From Terriglobia bacterium (lineage in GTDB: Bacteria; Acidobacteriota; Terriglobia; Acidiferrales; UBA7541), in the NCBI GenBank assembly GCA_963695545.1, contig OY968796.1, positions 160,001 through 224,000 of the forward strand: a DNA stretch of 64,000 nucleotides, in the 5' to 3' direction. The notes beneath the pieces were generated by a model, which ran no database searches, was not told where the DNA came from, and worked only from the letters and a program-made list of their open reading frames with translations. Position numbers and translations under genes: made by a program. This document shows positions 19,576 to 30,641 of this stretch, in pieces. Every line of letters starts with the position of its first letter. Within the stretch, counting starts at the first letter, position 1.

Positions 19576-21723
19576 CTATCCGCGGAAATCTTTCCAGTTT
19601 GGCAGCGAAACGATCGCGGAATAATTTGACTGGTTGTACCAGGGATTTCGGATGGGCGCGTAAATTTTCGCGCCGGTGAATGGACGATCCTGCGTGTAAA
19701 TCCAAACGCTATTTTGATCCCACACGATCACTTCATCGCGCGCGTCGCCCGTGAGGTGAATGGGCTGGGCGCAGAGCGCGGGATGGCCGTCGTCGGGGAA
19801 CATCACGGCGCGTCGCAAGTGGCCATCGATCATGCCGCCATACTTCGCGTCGGCGGAGAGCAAGACGAATTCCTGGCCGTCGCCGCGCCAATTCACCGGC
19901 AGCATCTTGCTGCCGTTGTGAATGGGCTCGCCTTGTTCGAGGATGTTGCCCTGCCAATCGAGAAAGGTGACGATGCCGGGATTCCAGTGGAACGTAATCA
20001 GGGAATATTGCAAGCCGGGCAGATCGGGACGGAATTTTCCGACGCTCGAGCACTGGCCGTGTCCGAGCAGAATTTGTTTCAGCACATTGCCCTGATCGTC
20101 AAACATCAGAAAACCTTCGTCGCTCGCGGCGTAGTAGGCGCGCGGCTCAGTGCCTTCGACGCCGGAGAAATTTCCGACCGCGACGGAATCGGCGTGGTCC
20201 TGGTAATCGGTGTCGTGCGTCCAGAGGCGCTTGCCGGTGTGATCCCACAGCGAATAACCGATGGCGATGCGATCGTAGCCGCCAACGTCGTAAGGAAAAG
20301 GAAAATGGCCGGTTTGGCCGGTGCCTTCCCAGAGAAATTCGAGCTTGTTATTGAAAATCCAGAAATGCGAATAGCGATTTTTCACCAGAATGTCGCGGCG
20401 CGCGGGATCACCGGATACATTTACGAACGCGAGGCTATCGCCCCAGAGCAATTCGTAAGGGCGCAATTGCGAAGAGTAGATGTCGGGGCCGGGCGTTTTC
20501 GGCATCCAGACCCAGTGCAGGATTTCGCCAGTGCGGCCATCGAGAATTTGTAGTTTGAAATCGCGGATGGTGACAACTTCATTGCGGCCATCGCCATCCA
20601 CGTCATGAATCTGAACGGGATTGTCGTTGGTGAGCAGGCCGTTGCGCGGATCGGGGCGGCCGGATTGCCACAGGACTTTTCCATCGAGCGTTACGGCGGT
20701 GAGACAACTGATGGTGTCAAACGCGTCGGCAACAACGGTGGGGATATTTTGCACGATGAGCATTTCGGGAACGCCGTCGCCATCAAGGTCGCCAAAGCGC
20801 ACACTGCTGCCGGCGCCGAAACCCGGCGTATCGAATTTTTTCCAGAGACGCGGCTGCGGATTGGAATCGCGAAGCGCGGCGATATCACGATCGCGCGAGG
20901 CGATGCGCGTGTCCGCGGCGGCGCGTCCAACGGCAGTGACTTCGACGCGAAAATCCTCAAAGCGCGCAGGGATGTCGGCGCAGATTCCGACTTGGCCCAT
21001 CGGCAGCTTGTCGTTTGAAATCTCGAGAATTTTGTTACCGTCGATAAAGGCGCGGAGCTGCGAGCCTTGCGCTTCGACGCGGAGCTTGTAATAGCGTTCG
21101 ACGTAGTATGTGAAGGGCGCGGACGCGAGCGTTTCCCAATCGGCCAAGCGGAGTTTCGCCGCGATGGGATGCTGAACTGCGAATTGCGCGGTGTCGCCGC
21201 CGGCGAGCTGAAACGCGTAGTATTCGCGATTCGTGTGATAGCGGAACGCGAGGCCGGCGGTGCCGTCAAGCGCGAGCGGCTTGACCATGGCTTCGACGGC
21301 GTAATCGCCCCAATCGTCATCACCGGTGATCAGCACGGATTTCGCACCGACGCGCGGATGATCAATCTGCTGCTGCATGTAACTCGCGCCGTCTTCGCTC
21401 GAGACAAACCACGAATCGAGATCGGCGACGCCGTTGCTCCACGCGCCGTGCGGCCAGGCGCGCGCAGCGATCCAGTGATTTTCCTGAATCGCGGAATTGA
21501 GCTGGCCGAGCGGTTCGGTGAGCGAGCCAGCGGGCAACTTCGAGAAATCGTCGTGAAAAAGTTCGCTCCACGCGCCGCTATCCGCGGCGGGAGCGGGTGA
21601 CTGTGCGGAGTCTGCGGCGTTCGGCGCGGCACCGAACGCCCACGAGCGCGGCAACAGGGTGACGGCGGGCAGCGCGACGAGCGTGGACTTAAGCAAATGC
21701 CTTCTGGAGAATTTTTCGGACAT
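19576..21723 (-). CDS. Tat-exported protein: concanavalin/DUF1080-like domain plus PL11 (rhamnogalacturonan lyase)-like beta-propeller
   Basis: SRRHLLK Tat motif; Ca-binding DLDGDG and DVDGDGRNE repeats; HAD and GHGQ motifs. Confidence 0.6.
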   Translation of the reverse strand: MSEKFSRRHLLKSTLVALPAVTLLPRSWAFGAAPNAADSAQSPAPAADSGAWSELFHDDFSKLPAGSLTEPLGQLNSAIQENHWIAARAWPHGAWSNGVADLDSWFVSSEDGASYMQQQIDHPRVGAKSVLITGDDDWGDYAVEAMVKPLALDGTAGLAFRYHTNREYYAFQLAGGDTAQFAVQHPIAAKLRLADWETLASAPFTYYVERYYKLRVEAQGSQLRAFIDGNKILEISNDKLPMGQVGICADIPARFEDFRVEVTAVGRAAADTRIASRDRDIAALRDSNPQPRLWKKFDTPGFGAGSSVRFGDLDGDGVPEMLIVQNIPTVVADAFDTISCLTAVTLDGKVLWQSGRPDPRNGLLTNDNPVQIHDVDGDGRNEVVTIRDFKLQILDGRTGEILHWVWMPKTPGPDIYSSQLRPYELLWGDSLAFVNVSGDPARRDILVKNRYSHFWIFNNKLEFLWEGTGQTGHFPFPYDVGGYDRIAIGYSLWDHTGKRLWTHDTDYQDHADSVAVGNFSGVEGTEPRAYYAASDEGFLMFDDQGNVLKQILLGHGQCSSVGKFRPDLPGLQYSLITFHWNPGIVTFLDWQGNILEQGEPIHNGSKMLPVNWRGDGQEFVLLSADAKYGGMIDGHLRRAVMFPDDGHPALCAQPIHLTGDARDEVIVWDQNSVWIYTQDRPFTGAKIYAPIRNPWYNQSNYSAIVSLPNWKDFRG

Positions 21724-21901
21724 CGGAACTCCCTCGGGCCCCTCCCAAGGCCCGCGCGATTCGTTTCGATGCAGGATGTTAGTTGGATTCGCATTCGATG
21801 GCAACCCCGCCCGATAAAGATGCGCAGAGACGGACTGCGTGCCGCGCGCGATTGCGATATGATTGTGTGTTCAAGACACGCCTCGAAAGGAACGCGACGA
21901 C

Positions 21902-24571
21902 ATGGCACTCGCCCGCAAGAATTCATTCGGCACTCGGGAAACGCTGAAGGTGGATGGGCGCGAGTACGACATTTTCGCGCTCGATGCGCTTGAGAAAAAA
22001 GGCGTGGGCAAGGTTTCGGGGCTGCCATTTTCGCTGAAGGTGCTGCTGGAGAATTTGCTGCGGCAAGAGGATGGGCGCTTCGTGAAGCGGGCGGAGATCG
22101 AAGCGCTGGCGGCATGGGCGCCGGGAACGACAGCGCGCACGGAGATTGCGTTCATGCCGGCGCGCGTGCTGCTGCAGGATTTCACGGGCGTGCCGGCGGT
22201 GGCGGATTTGGCGGCGATGCGCGACGCCATGGCGAAATTGGGCGGCGACGCGACGAAGATCAATCCCCTGCTGCCGGCGGAGCTGGTTATCGACCATTCG
22301 GTGCAGGTGGATAAATTCAATTCAGGCATGGCGTTCGCTTTCAACGCCGAACTGGAATTTCAGCGCAACGTGGAACGCTACGGATTTCTGCGCTGGGGAC
22401 AGCGCGCGTTTTCCAACTTTCAGGTGGTGCCGCCGGACACGGGAATTTGCCATCAGGTGAATCTGGAATATTTGGCGCACGTGGTGTTCAACCTTGCGGA
22501 AGATGGGCGCACGCTCGCGTATCCGGATTCGCTGGTGGGCACGGATTCGCACACCACGATGGTGAATGGGCTGGGCGTGTTTGGCTGGGGCGTGGGCGGG
22601 ATCGAAGCCGAGGCGGCGATGCTGGGGCAGCCGCTCTCGATGCTGATTCCGGAAGTCGTCGGCTTCAAGTTGCATGGGCGGTTGGCGCCAGGCTCGACGG
22701 CGACGGATTTGGTGCTGATCGTCACGGAAATGTTGCGCAAGCTCGGCGTGGTGAACAAATTTGTGGAATTTTACGGCACGGGGCTTTCGAGCTTGAGTCT
22801 GCCGGATCGCGCGACGATCGCGAACATGGCTCCGGAATATGGCGCGACGATGGGATTTTTCCCCGTGGACGCGGAGACGCTGGCATATTTGCGATTTACG
22901 GGGCGCGACGCGCATCGCGTGCGACTGGTCGAAGAGTACGCGAAGCGGCAAGGGATTTTCCGCACGGACGCGACACCCGATCCGGCGTATTCGCAGACGA
23001 TCGAGCTCGATCTGGCGAGCGTGGAAGCGGCGCTGGCGGGTCCGAAGCGGCCGCAGGATCGCGTGCTGCTGCGCAACGCGAAGACCGCGTTTGCCACGGC
23101 GATGGAAGGCGTGGCGCCGAAGCGCGCCGAAGTGCAGAACAATGGCGATCATTTCGAGCTCTCGAACGGATCGATTGTGATCGCGGCGATCACCAGCTGC
23201 ACGAATACGTCGAATCCGTCGCTGATGCTCGGCGCGGGATTGCTGGCGAAAAAAGCGATCGAACACGGATTGCACCGAAAACCCTGGGTGAAGACGAGTT
23301 TGGCGCCCGGGTCCAAGGTGGTGACGGATTATCTCGATGCCGCGGGGCTCACGCCATATCTCGATCAACTGGGATTTCAATTGGTGGGATTTGGGTGCAC
23401 AACGTGTATCGGGAATAGCGGTCCGCTGCCGGAGCCGATCGGCGCGGCGATCAAGGAAACGGGATTGGTGGCGGTTTCGGTGCTGAGCGGAAATCGCAAT
23501 TTTGAAGGGCGCATTCATCCGCTGGTGCGCGCGAATTATCTGGCCTCGCCGCTGCTGGTGGTGGCTTACGCGCTCGCAGGGCGCATGGACGTGGACATCG
23601 CGAGCGACGCGATCGGCGAGGATCGCGAGGGGAAACCGGTTTATTTGCGCGACATCTGGCCTTCGCCGGTGGAGATCGAAGAGACGGTGCGCGCGGCGGT
23701 GAAAACGCAGATGTACTCGAAAGAGTACGGCGAAGTGTTCAGGGGCGACGATCGATGGCGCTCGTTGCCGGTGCCGGAAGGAAATCTGTACGACTGGAAC
23801 GCGCAATCCACTTACATCGCGCGGCCGCCGTTCTTCGACGGCATGCCGCGCGCGCCCGAAGCGCCGGCGGACATTCGCAACGCGAGAGTGCTGGCGCTGC
23901 TGGGCAACAGCGTGACGACCGATCACATTTCGCCGGCCGGCTCGATTCAACCGGACGGGCCGGCGGGACGCTATTTGATTTCGCGCGGCGTGCGGCCGGT
24001 GGATTTCAATTCCTACGGAGCGCGGCGCGGGAATCACGAAGTGATGGTGCGGGGCACGTTCGCGAATATTCGATTGCGGAATCAGCTTGCGCCGGGGACC
24101 GAAGGCGGCGTGACGGTGCATCTGCCGGACGGCGAAGCGATGAGTATTTACGACGCGGCAATGCGCTACGCGAAAGAAGGCGTGCCACTGGTGGTGATCG
24201 CGGGCAAGGAGTACGGAGCGGGATCTTCGCGTGACTGGGCGGCCAAGGGGCCGCTGCTGCTGGGCGTGCGCGCGGTGATCGCGGAAAGCTACGAGCGCAT
24301 TCATCGCAGCAATCTTGTGGGCATGGGCGTGCTGCCGCTGGAATTTGAGCCGGGGCAAACGCCGGCGTCGCTGGGACTGACGGGACAAGAGACATATTCG
24401 ATCGAAGGAATCGGCGGACTTTCGCCGCGCAAGAAACTTACAGTGCACGCGCGGGACGATTCGGGCAAGACCATCACGTTTCAAACCATCGCGCGCGCGG
24501 ATACACCCGAGGAAGTTTCCTACTACCAGCACGGCGGGATTCTGCGCTACGTGCTGCGGCAGATGCTGTAG
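21902..24571 (+). CDS. acnA: Aconitate hydratase A
   Basis: [52 protein letters not shown]. Confidence 0.97.
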   Translation: MALARKNSFGTRETLKVDGREYDIFALDALEKKGVGKVSGLPFSLKVLLENLLRQEDGRFVKRAEIEALAAWAPGTTARTEIAFMPARVLLQDFTGVPAVADLAAMRDAMAKLGGDATKINPLLPAELVIDHSVQVDKFNSGMAFAFNAELEFQRNVERYGFLRWGQRAFSNFQVVPPDTGICHQVNLEYLAHVVFNLAEDGRTLAYPDSLVGTDSHTTMVNGLGVFGWGVGGIEAEAAMLGQPLSMLIPEVVGFKLHGRLAPGSTATDLVLIVTEMLRKLGVVNKFVEFYGTGLSSLSLPDRATIANMAPEYGATMGFFPVDAETLAYLRFTGRDAHRVRLVEEYAKRQGIFRTDATPDPAYSQTIELDLASVEAALAGPKRPQDRVLLRNAKTAFATAMEGVAPKRAEVQNNGDHFELSNGSIVIAAITSCTNTSNPSLMLGAGLLAKKAIEHGLHRKPWVKTSLAPGSKVVTDYLDAAGLTPYLDQLGFQLVGFGCTTCIGNSGPLPEPIGAAIKETGLVAVSVLSGNRNFEGRIHPLVRANYLASPLLVVAYALAGRMDVDIASDAIGEDREGKPVYLRDIWPSPVEIEETVRAAVKTQMYSKEYGEVFRGDDRWRSLPVPEGNLYDWNAQSTYIARPPFFDGMPRAPEAPADIRNARVLALLGNSVTTDHISPAGSIQPDGPAGRYLISRGVRPVDFNSYGARRGNHEVMVRGTFANIRLRNQLAPGTEGGVTVHLPDGEAMSIYDAAMRYAKEGVPLVVIAGKEYGAGSSRDWAAKGPLLLGVRAVIAESYERIHRSNLVGMGVLPLEFEPGQTPASLGLTGQETYSIEGIGGLSPRKKLTVHARDDSGKTITFQTIARADTPEEVSYYQHGGILRYVLRQML

Positions 24572-24637
24572 AGCGTAGCTTCGCGCGCTGGAAATCACTT
24601 CGGACCTCCAAATTCCGCTGCCAGATTGTCTGCAGGA

Positions 24638-24891
24638 TAATTTGCTGATTTTAAGGGACTTCGTCGCTGTCTTCGGCATTGCCACGCGCAGTGGATGCGG
24701 ATGGGGGAGGGGGTACCCCGGGTACCCAGTTTGTAAGTTTATGTAGATACAAGGCTTGCGGGAAATGTGTGCACGAGGAGTGTGGAATGTGCTGAAAATA
24801 AGCGAGTTATCAAATCCTCTTTGTGCCTTATTTTCAATGAGTTGCGCACTGCTTGGGAGGCGTGCGGATATTACTGATAACAAGGGAGTTG
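24638..24891. repeat. Cluster of five degenerate ~25-bp motifs in a long intergenic region
   Basis: Copies at about 24638, 24734, 24785, 24820 and 24867, e.g. GCTGATTTTAAGGGACTT, GCTGAAAATAAGCGAGTT, ACTGATAACAAGGGAGTT. Confidence 0.5.
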
Positions 24892-25230
24892 TTGGAACGT
24901 TTTGGTTCGGATTCCGGGGCGAGGCGGAGGCAGGCGGAAGACGGAGCGACGGCGGGAAAAGTGGGGTCGGCGACCAATTCGAATTGATTGCGGCGAACAC
25001 GCAGAAGAGTATCACAAATGAATTCAAGTGTCAACTACTAAATAAGTATTCGAAACAACATTCTCAAGGTGGCGACGCGAGGCTGGGCGAGCTCCGCGCC
25101 CAACCGTTCGCGTAAGAACATTCGGGGCGCAAGGGACGCGGAGATTGGCGTGCGGGGCGTCGCTATTTGAGCATGATCTAAGTGGCGGGGTGTTGACTGG
25201 CGCGGGCAAATTCGACAGAATGCGCGGCAA

Positions 25231-27183
25231 ATGCGCGGCCGAATTATTTATGGCGCTGCACTGCTTATCGCGGCAACAACCGCGGCATTGCCCGGAGTGG
25301 CCGCGGCCGGAGTGAAGCCGTGGATCGAAGTACGCAGCCCGCATTTTCGCGTGCTGACCGACGGCAGCGACGGGGACGGGCGGCGCGTGGCGCTCGATTT
25401 TGAGAAGATGCGCTACGTTTTCGCGACGCAGTTCCCCGCCTACAGACTGGAATCGGGCGCTCCGCTGCTGGTGTTCGCCCCAAGCGACGAAAGCTCGGCG
25501 AGGATCGTCGATCCAGCGCTAAAGAAAGCGAAAAACGCGGATCAAATTGCGGGCCTTTTTACGCACGGTTGGGAGAAGCAATACGCCTGGATTCGGCTGG
25601 ACACGATGGACACGATGGGTGAGTCGGTGGTGTTTCACGAGTACACGCATTCGATCGTGCACATGAACGTGCATTGGCTTCCGACGTGGATGGACGAGGG
25701 CATCGCGGAATTCTACACATACACGCAATTCCGAGGGAACAAAATCCTGATTGGAGTCCCTACGGAACGGTATCGAAGCATCGCGAGCGGCTATCCGATT
25801 CCGATCGAAACTCTCCTCGAGGTGAATCAGAACTCGCCCTACTACCACGACCCAGACAAGACGCAAATGTTTTACGGAGAATCGTGGGCGTTGGTTCATT
25901 ACCTTCAATTTGGCCCCGGCATGGAAGGCGGGGCGAAACTCAACGATTTCTTTCGTCTTATCCAGACGGGCGTGGATCAGAAAAAAGCCTTCGTTCAGAC
26001 TTTCGGCGATTTTAAAACGATGGATGACACCCTCGATAAATACATGCGGCTCTTCGCGTTTTCGGTGGGCGCGATAGCGGCTCCCGCGAGTATCGACGAT
26101 AAGACATTCGCCGTCCGGAAATTGAGCGTGGCGGAGACCGAGGCCGAACTGGCCGGCTATCAGCTTTGGAACCACGACATCGTGGCCGCGCGGCCTCTTG
26201 TGGCGCAGGCGCTTGCGGACGACCCCAAGCTGGGCTTCGCACACGAAGAAAATGGATTCCTGCTTTTCCAGGACGGGAAAACGCCTGAAGCCGCCGATGA
26301 ATTCTCAAAGGCCTATGAGCTGGATCCGACGCTCTATTTATCGCTTTTTTCCAAGACCATACTTTCGCCGATGGCGACTTCCGACGCCCCGGCAGATGAG
26401 CAGGCGTTTCGCCTCGCGCTGGTGATGGTGGTGCAAATCAATTCACAATTCGCTCCGGCGTATGTGCAATTGGCGCGGCTGGCTCTGCGCGCGGGCAATT
26501 TGAACGAGGCGCTGCGGGTTTCGCTGAAAGCCGAGGAGCTTGAACCCTGGAGAGCGGGCTACCATCTGCAGACCGGTCAAATCCTGGTGCGCTTGGGGCG
26601 TGGCGCGGAAGCCGCTGGGATCGCGCAATATGTTGCGCCGCGGTGGTTCGGGCCGGACCACAACGAGGCCGTGGAACTCTGGTACGCCGTGCCGGCAGAC
26701 CAACGGCCGGCGGGCGAAGTCCTGTTGCCAGCGATGCCGACGGACAGCCAAATGGCGGGCGGGATCATCAAGTCGGCTGATTGCGGTGATCCGCAGGACC
26801 CGAAGAATCCGGCACATCCGTTGATTGTTGTAATTGACCACAAGGGACAGACGCTGACGTTTCATCAAAAGCCGGGGCAGGGCTTCGAGGGCGGATTTTC
26901 CGACACGCTGTGGTATGGCGAGGATCACTTCGGATATTGCCACAACATCGAGGGCTTGCGCGGCATCGTGTTCTATCGCGCGCCGTCGCCGCCGGACCCG
27001 AGCTACACAGGCGATATCACGGGATTCGAGGTTCGCAACGATCTTCCGGCGCCGGCGGCGGGCGCGAACCCGGCGCCGGCGCAGACCTCCCCGCCAGCGT
27101 CATCACGGCCCGCACCGCCAGCATCGACACCACCCACGGCACCGGCGAAAGCGCCGCCCACGAGCCAGAGTACGGTCCACTAA
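25231..27183 (+). CDS. Secreted zinc-metallopeptidase-like (DUF1570/peptidase MA-like) protein with TPR repeats
   Basis: Signal peptide, HEYTH...EGIAE, TPR-like helices, Pro-rich tail. TTGACT-N17-CAGAAT upstream. Confidence 0.7.
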   Translation: MRGRIIYGAALLIAATTAALPGVAAAGVKPWIEVRSPHFRVLTDGSDGDGRRVALDFEKMRYVFATQFPAYRLESGAPLLVFAPSDESSARIVDPALKKAKNADQIAGLFTHGWEKQYAWIRLDTMDTMGESVVFHEYTHSIVHMNVHWLPTWMDEGIAEFYTYTQFRGNKILIGVPTERYRSIASGYPIPIETLLEVNQNSPYYHDPDKTQMFYGESWALVHYLQFGPGMEGGAKLNDFFRLIQTGVDQKKAFVQTFGDFKTMDDTLDKYMRLFAFSVGAIAAPASIDDKTFAVRKLSVAETEAELAGYQLWNHDIVAARPLVAQALADDPKLGFAHEENGFLLFQDGKTPEAADEFSKAYELDPTLYLSLFSKTILSPMATSDAPADEQAFRLALVMVVQINSQFAPAYVQLARLALRAGNLNEALRVSLKAEELEPWRAGYHLQTGQILVRLGRGAEAAGIAQYVAPRWFGPDHNEAVELWYAVPADQRPAGEVLLPAMPTDSQMAGGIIKSADCGDPQDPKNPAHPLIVVIDHKGQTLTFHQKPGQGFEGGFSDTLWYGEDHFGYCHNIEGLRGIVFYRAPSPPDPSYTGDITGFEVRNDLPAPAAGANPAPAQTSPPASSRPAPPASTPPTAPAKAPPTSQSTVH

Positions 27184-27209
27184 CGATTTGAAAAATATAT
27201 TTGGACGGT

Positions 27210-27240
27210 CTCCGGACGCCGGAAAGACCGGCGTCCGGAG
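27210..27240. terminator. Perfect 13-bp hairpin between convergent genes
   Basis: CTCCGGACGCCGG-AAAGA-CCGGCGTCCGGAG. Confidence 0.65.
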
Positions 27241-27261
27241 CGACCGCGCGCGAAAAAACAG

Positions 27262-27690
27262 CTATGCGCCAAAGGCTTGCTTGACGGTTGGCTGGTTCAG
27301 ATACCACAAAATCAGGCCACTGATCACGACCCGGACCAAGACGAAGAACACGCGAATCATCGCGAAATGCATCATCAGAACCAGGATGTGAAACACGCCA
27401 AACACCAGGGCGATGGCCGCGAGCACCATGGCAATCACGCGCGCCCAGTTTCTTAGGCCGATCAAGCCGAAAGCGATGATCAGGGCCAGCGCCCCGAACA
27501 CGATGAATACGATGCCGAGGAACGCTCCGAGTCCGCCGGCGACGCCGCGACCAACGGTCATACCGAGTGACGCGGCGCGCATCATGAAGGCGCCGCCGAT
27601 GAAGAAGGCGGCCAAGCCGCCGAGAATCGCGAAAACTGCGCCGAGGATATAAAGGGCCGCGATGAGGATCACTCCGGTGGGTTTTTGCAT
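27262..27690 (-). CDS. Small 4-TM membrane protein
   Basis: GGAGG RBS; KPTGV..., RNWAR, WYL..P.VKQAF; four hydrophobic segments. Confidence 0.75.
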   Translation of the reverse strand: MQKPTGVILIAALYILGAVFAILGGLAAFFIGGAFMMRAASLGMTVGRGVAGGLGAFLGIVFIVFGALALIIAFGLIGLRNWARVIAMVLAAIALVFGVFHILVLMMHFAMIRVFFVLVRVVISGLILWYLNQPTVKQAFGA

Positions 27691-27809
27691 GGGCTTACCT
27701 CCAGGAAGAAAAATCGTCCCCGCGCGGGACGCCCAACTGATCGATAAAAAATAAATCTGCGAGACGCGGACGGCTGCGACGCGCACGCTACGTCAGATTT
27801 GGGGCAGCG

Positions 27810-28634
27810 TCAAGCGCGAGGGCGCGAGCGGGCGGGTTTCGAGCCGGCACGCGAAGCGGATCGCGAACCGGGATTCGGTTGGGCGCCGCTACGACCGCGC
27901 ACGAGCCAGAATAGAAGCGCGCCGGCCAGAATCGAGGCGAGGCTGGCGGCCTGCGCGTTGGTCATGCCGAAAAACGAACGGGGATTGATGCGGATGAACT
28001 CGATCAGGAAGCGGGCCACGCCGGTGAGCACGAGATACGCGGCGAAAATAATTCCAGCGGGGCGCGCGTCGCGAATCGCGCGGGCACCCAGGCGCCACAA
28101 GATCCAGAAAATCACGATGGCGATCAGAAATTCGTAAATTGGCGTGGGATGAACGCGCTGCGTGGTGGGCACGATGCCGTCGGGAAAGCTCATGCCCCAG
28201 GGCAAATTCGTGGGCTTGCCGTAATCGCCGTCGCCGGAGATCAGGCAGCCGATGCGGCCGACGCCGTAGCCGAGCGCCGCGGCCGGGGATGCGGCGTCAA
28301 GCATGGTGAGGAATCCGATTTTGTAGTGCCGCGCGAGAAGCACGAGCGCGATAAAGCCTGCGATGACCGAGCCGAACCACGCGAAGCCCATGGTGCTGAA
28401 CAGCAGATGCCAGGGATCGGCGAAAAATTCGCCGGGGCTTTCCATCAGGTGATAAAGGCGCGCACCGACGAGACCGGCGAGGCCGGTGATTCCGACGACA
28501 GTTTCGGCGTCAATCGGCAGCGCGCGACGGAGGAAATCGGCGCGCAGCACGAAATAGGAAACGAGCAGGGCGATCGCCACGAGGATGCCGTAGGTGCCGA
28601 GCGTAATCGGACCGAGATGGATGAATGGATACAC
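27810..28634 (-). CDS. lgt: Prolipoprotein diacylglyceryl transferase
   Basis: GARLY, GRIGC, HPTPIYE, RFLIEFIR. Confidence 0.9.
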   Translation of the reverse strand: MYPFIHLGPITLGTYGILVAIALLVSYFVLRADFLRRALPIDAETVVGITGLAGLVGARLYHLMESPGEFFADPWHLLFSTMGFAWFGSVIAGFIALVLLARHYKIGFLTMLDAASPAAALGYGVGRIGCLISGDGDYGKPTNLPWGMSFPDGIVPTTQRVHPTPIYEFLIAIVIFWILWRLGARAIRDARPAGIIFAAYLVLTGVARFLIEFIRINPRSFFGMTNAQAASLASILAGALLFWLVRGRSGAQPNPGSRSASRAGSKPARSRPRA

Positions 28635-28644
28635 GGCGGAGATT

Positions 28645-29547
28645 TTAAGAGCCGAAGGCGCGTTTTAGCGCGAGCCACGGCAATTGAAAAATCGTGAGTG
28701 GATGCGACCAGAGGCGCTTGGCCATCAGCCAGGGATGGCGGCGCGAACGGACGAAGCTGCCGTCTGCCGATAACATGTGAGTCGCGTCTGCGATCGTGTA
28801 CAAGTGCCACCAGCCGCCGATCAGCGCACGATTACGCTTGGCTTCGGGGCCGGTCCAGACGCCAGCCGAGCCGGCGGGGTGGTGCGAATAATCGTGATTC
28901 TGGTGGATGGCCATGACGGCGGCGCTGGCGTCAACGACATCGGCGCCGCGCGAACGCGCCAGCCAGACAAGATAATTGTCCCAGTAAGCGCGGCCGATGG
29001 CCAGCGGCAGCAGGCCGTCGAACAGGCCCTTGCTGAAAGCGAAGTAGTCGACGAAATTCGGCGAACGCTGCTGGCCGGCGGAGGGCGTTTCGCGGCGCAG
29101 CGCTTCCTGCCAATCGGCGCCGAAGGAATCGAGTGGTCGGACCAAATCGAGGTCCCAGCGGCGGCCGACCATCAGAAAGCGCGGGCGCGAAGCGGCCACG
29201 CGAGCGACGGCGGCGGGGAAATCGGGAAGGAGAATGATGTCGGAATTGCAGTAGACGAGCGTGGCGCCGGTGGCCTCGCGTGCGGCGCGCGCGAAAAGAT
29301 CGTCAAGCAACGGCGTGCCGAATTCGTTGCGGCGAACTTCGGGCATGTGGCGCGCGCCGAGGTCGCGCGCGGCGTCAGCGACGCCTTCTTCGTCACCGAA
29401 GAGCAGCACTTCGGGCCGGGGGGAGAGCGAGGCCCAGCTGGCGATCGCGTTGCGCTGCATCGTGGCGGTCGAGCCGCGAAACGGCTTGGGCATGCCGAAA
29501 AACGTCAGCGCCGGCGCGGACGTGGGCGTTAGCGGCGTTGTGGGCAT
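28645..29547 (-). CDS. GT-A-like glycosyltransferase-related hypothetical protein
   Basis: NEFGTPLL, YCNSDII, GRRWD, WDN, HQNHDY. Confidence 0.6.
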   Translation of the reverse strand: MPTTPLTPTSAPALTFFGMPKPFRGSTATMQRNAIASWASLSPRPEVLLFGDEEGVADAARDLGARHMPEVRRNEFGTPLLDDLFARAAREATGATLVYCNSDIILLPDFPAAVARVAASRPRFLMVGRRWDLDLVRPLDSFGADWQEALRRETPSAGQQRSPNFVDYFAFSKGLFDGLLPLAIGRAYWDNYLVWLARSRGADVVDASAAVMAIHQNHDYSHHPAGSAGVWTGPEAKRNRALIGGWWHLYTIADATHMLSADGSFVRSRRHPWLMAKRLWSHPLTIFQLPWLALKRAFGS

Positions 29548-29845
29548 GGGGCAATGCGAGCGGCGCGCATGAAATTCATCTTAGCTTGGGCGAATCGAGA
29601 CGGGCAAGCCGGGCGGTATTGGAGAGGGGGAAAACAAGTATGACCAATTGAGCATTCGGGGAGCGCGGCGCTGTTGTCGCGCATCCGATTCGGCGGGATA
29701 ATTCTGGTTGTGATTTGCTGAGACGCGCCCAGCCGCCCCTTTGCACCCCTCGCCTGGGACGTTAGAGAACGGTAAGCAATCTCGGAGGCATGCGCCGAGC
29801 GAGTGCGCCACCGTCACCGGCTTCACCTGAGGGGTGAATTAGAAC

Positions 29846-30406
29846 ATGCAGGAACTTCCAACTTTAAAGACGTCGCGGTTGAAGTCGGGCGCAGCCGCGC
29901 ACGACGAACGGCGCCGCTCCACGCGGCACGCGGTTTCGGCCGTGGTGCAGATCATGGACACGCGATCGGGAACGCGGCTGACCACGCGCGCATCCGACCT
30001 GGGATTGGGCGGCTGCTACGTGGATACGCTCACGCCTTTGCCGGTGGGAACCGAGGTGAAGCTCGGCTTGCATAAGGACAAGGTGCTGATCGAATTGACC
30101 GGGAAGATCATCTATTCGCATCCCGGCCTAGGCATGGGCATAGCGTTCGTGGACGGTGCGCCGACGCATCGGGTTGCTCTCGAGCAGTGGCTGAGCGGGC
30201 TTTCCACGGTCACGTACGCCGGCAATCCAGGTTCCGACCGCGGGGGCGAGGCTCCTCCGACGGCGGCACGCGCTGGCGAGACCAATGGAACCGGCGCGGA
30301 CGCTCGGGGTGCTATCGCGAGACTCGTGAATTTGCTGCTGGCGAAGGGCATTCTGACAGAAGACGATGCGGATATGATTCTGCAGAAGCGCAAGAACGTT
30401 ATTTGA
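29846..30406 (+). CDS. PilZ-domain protein
   Basis: RRRSTR and SDLGLGGCY motifs; GMGIAF. Confidence 0.8.
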   Translation: MQELPTLKTSRLKSGAAAHDERRRSTRHAVSAVVQIMDTRSGTRLTTRASDLGLGGCYVDTLTPLPVGTEVKLGLHKDKVLIELTGKIIYSHPGLGMGIAFVDGAPTHRVALEQWLSGLSTVTYAGNPGSDRGGEAPPTAARAGETNGTGADARGAIARLVNLLLAKGILTEDDADMILQKRKNVI

Positions 30407-30538
30407 GTATCCGTTAGCGCGCGCATCGGGGTCGCTTTGGCGATTCCCAGCCTGGACCTGTGAGTTCGTGCCGCACTTCCGAGTTGCTAAATTCAGCGTG
30501 AAAAAATTTCCTGGATTAGCGTACGGTCGCCTCCGGGC

Positions 30539-30556
30539 CTGACATCAATTTGTCAT
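30539..30556 (+). promoter_or_regulatory. PHO box upstream of phoB (autoregulation)
   Basis: CTGACAT-CAAT-TTGTCAT, 11-bp direct repeat resembling CTGTCAT-N4-CTGTCAY. Confidence 0.6.
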
Positions 30557-30641
30557 GCCGGCCATGGACTGCTTCCACGCCTCGCGGTGGCTTGCGCTTC
30601 CACAGGAATCCAAGCTATCGTGCATTGGAACATCTCCTGCC

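Noticed and set aside
24638..24891. Motif cluster as a CRISPR array
   Set aside because: Copies are too degenerate and irregularly spaced.
22322..25027. 901-aa minus-strand ORF and similar long ORFs (3547..5208, 10674..12116, 57560..58900)
   Set aside because: Antisense shadows of real genes in high-GC DNA, with no recognisable motifs.
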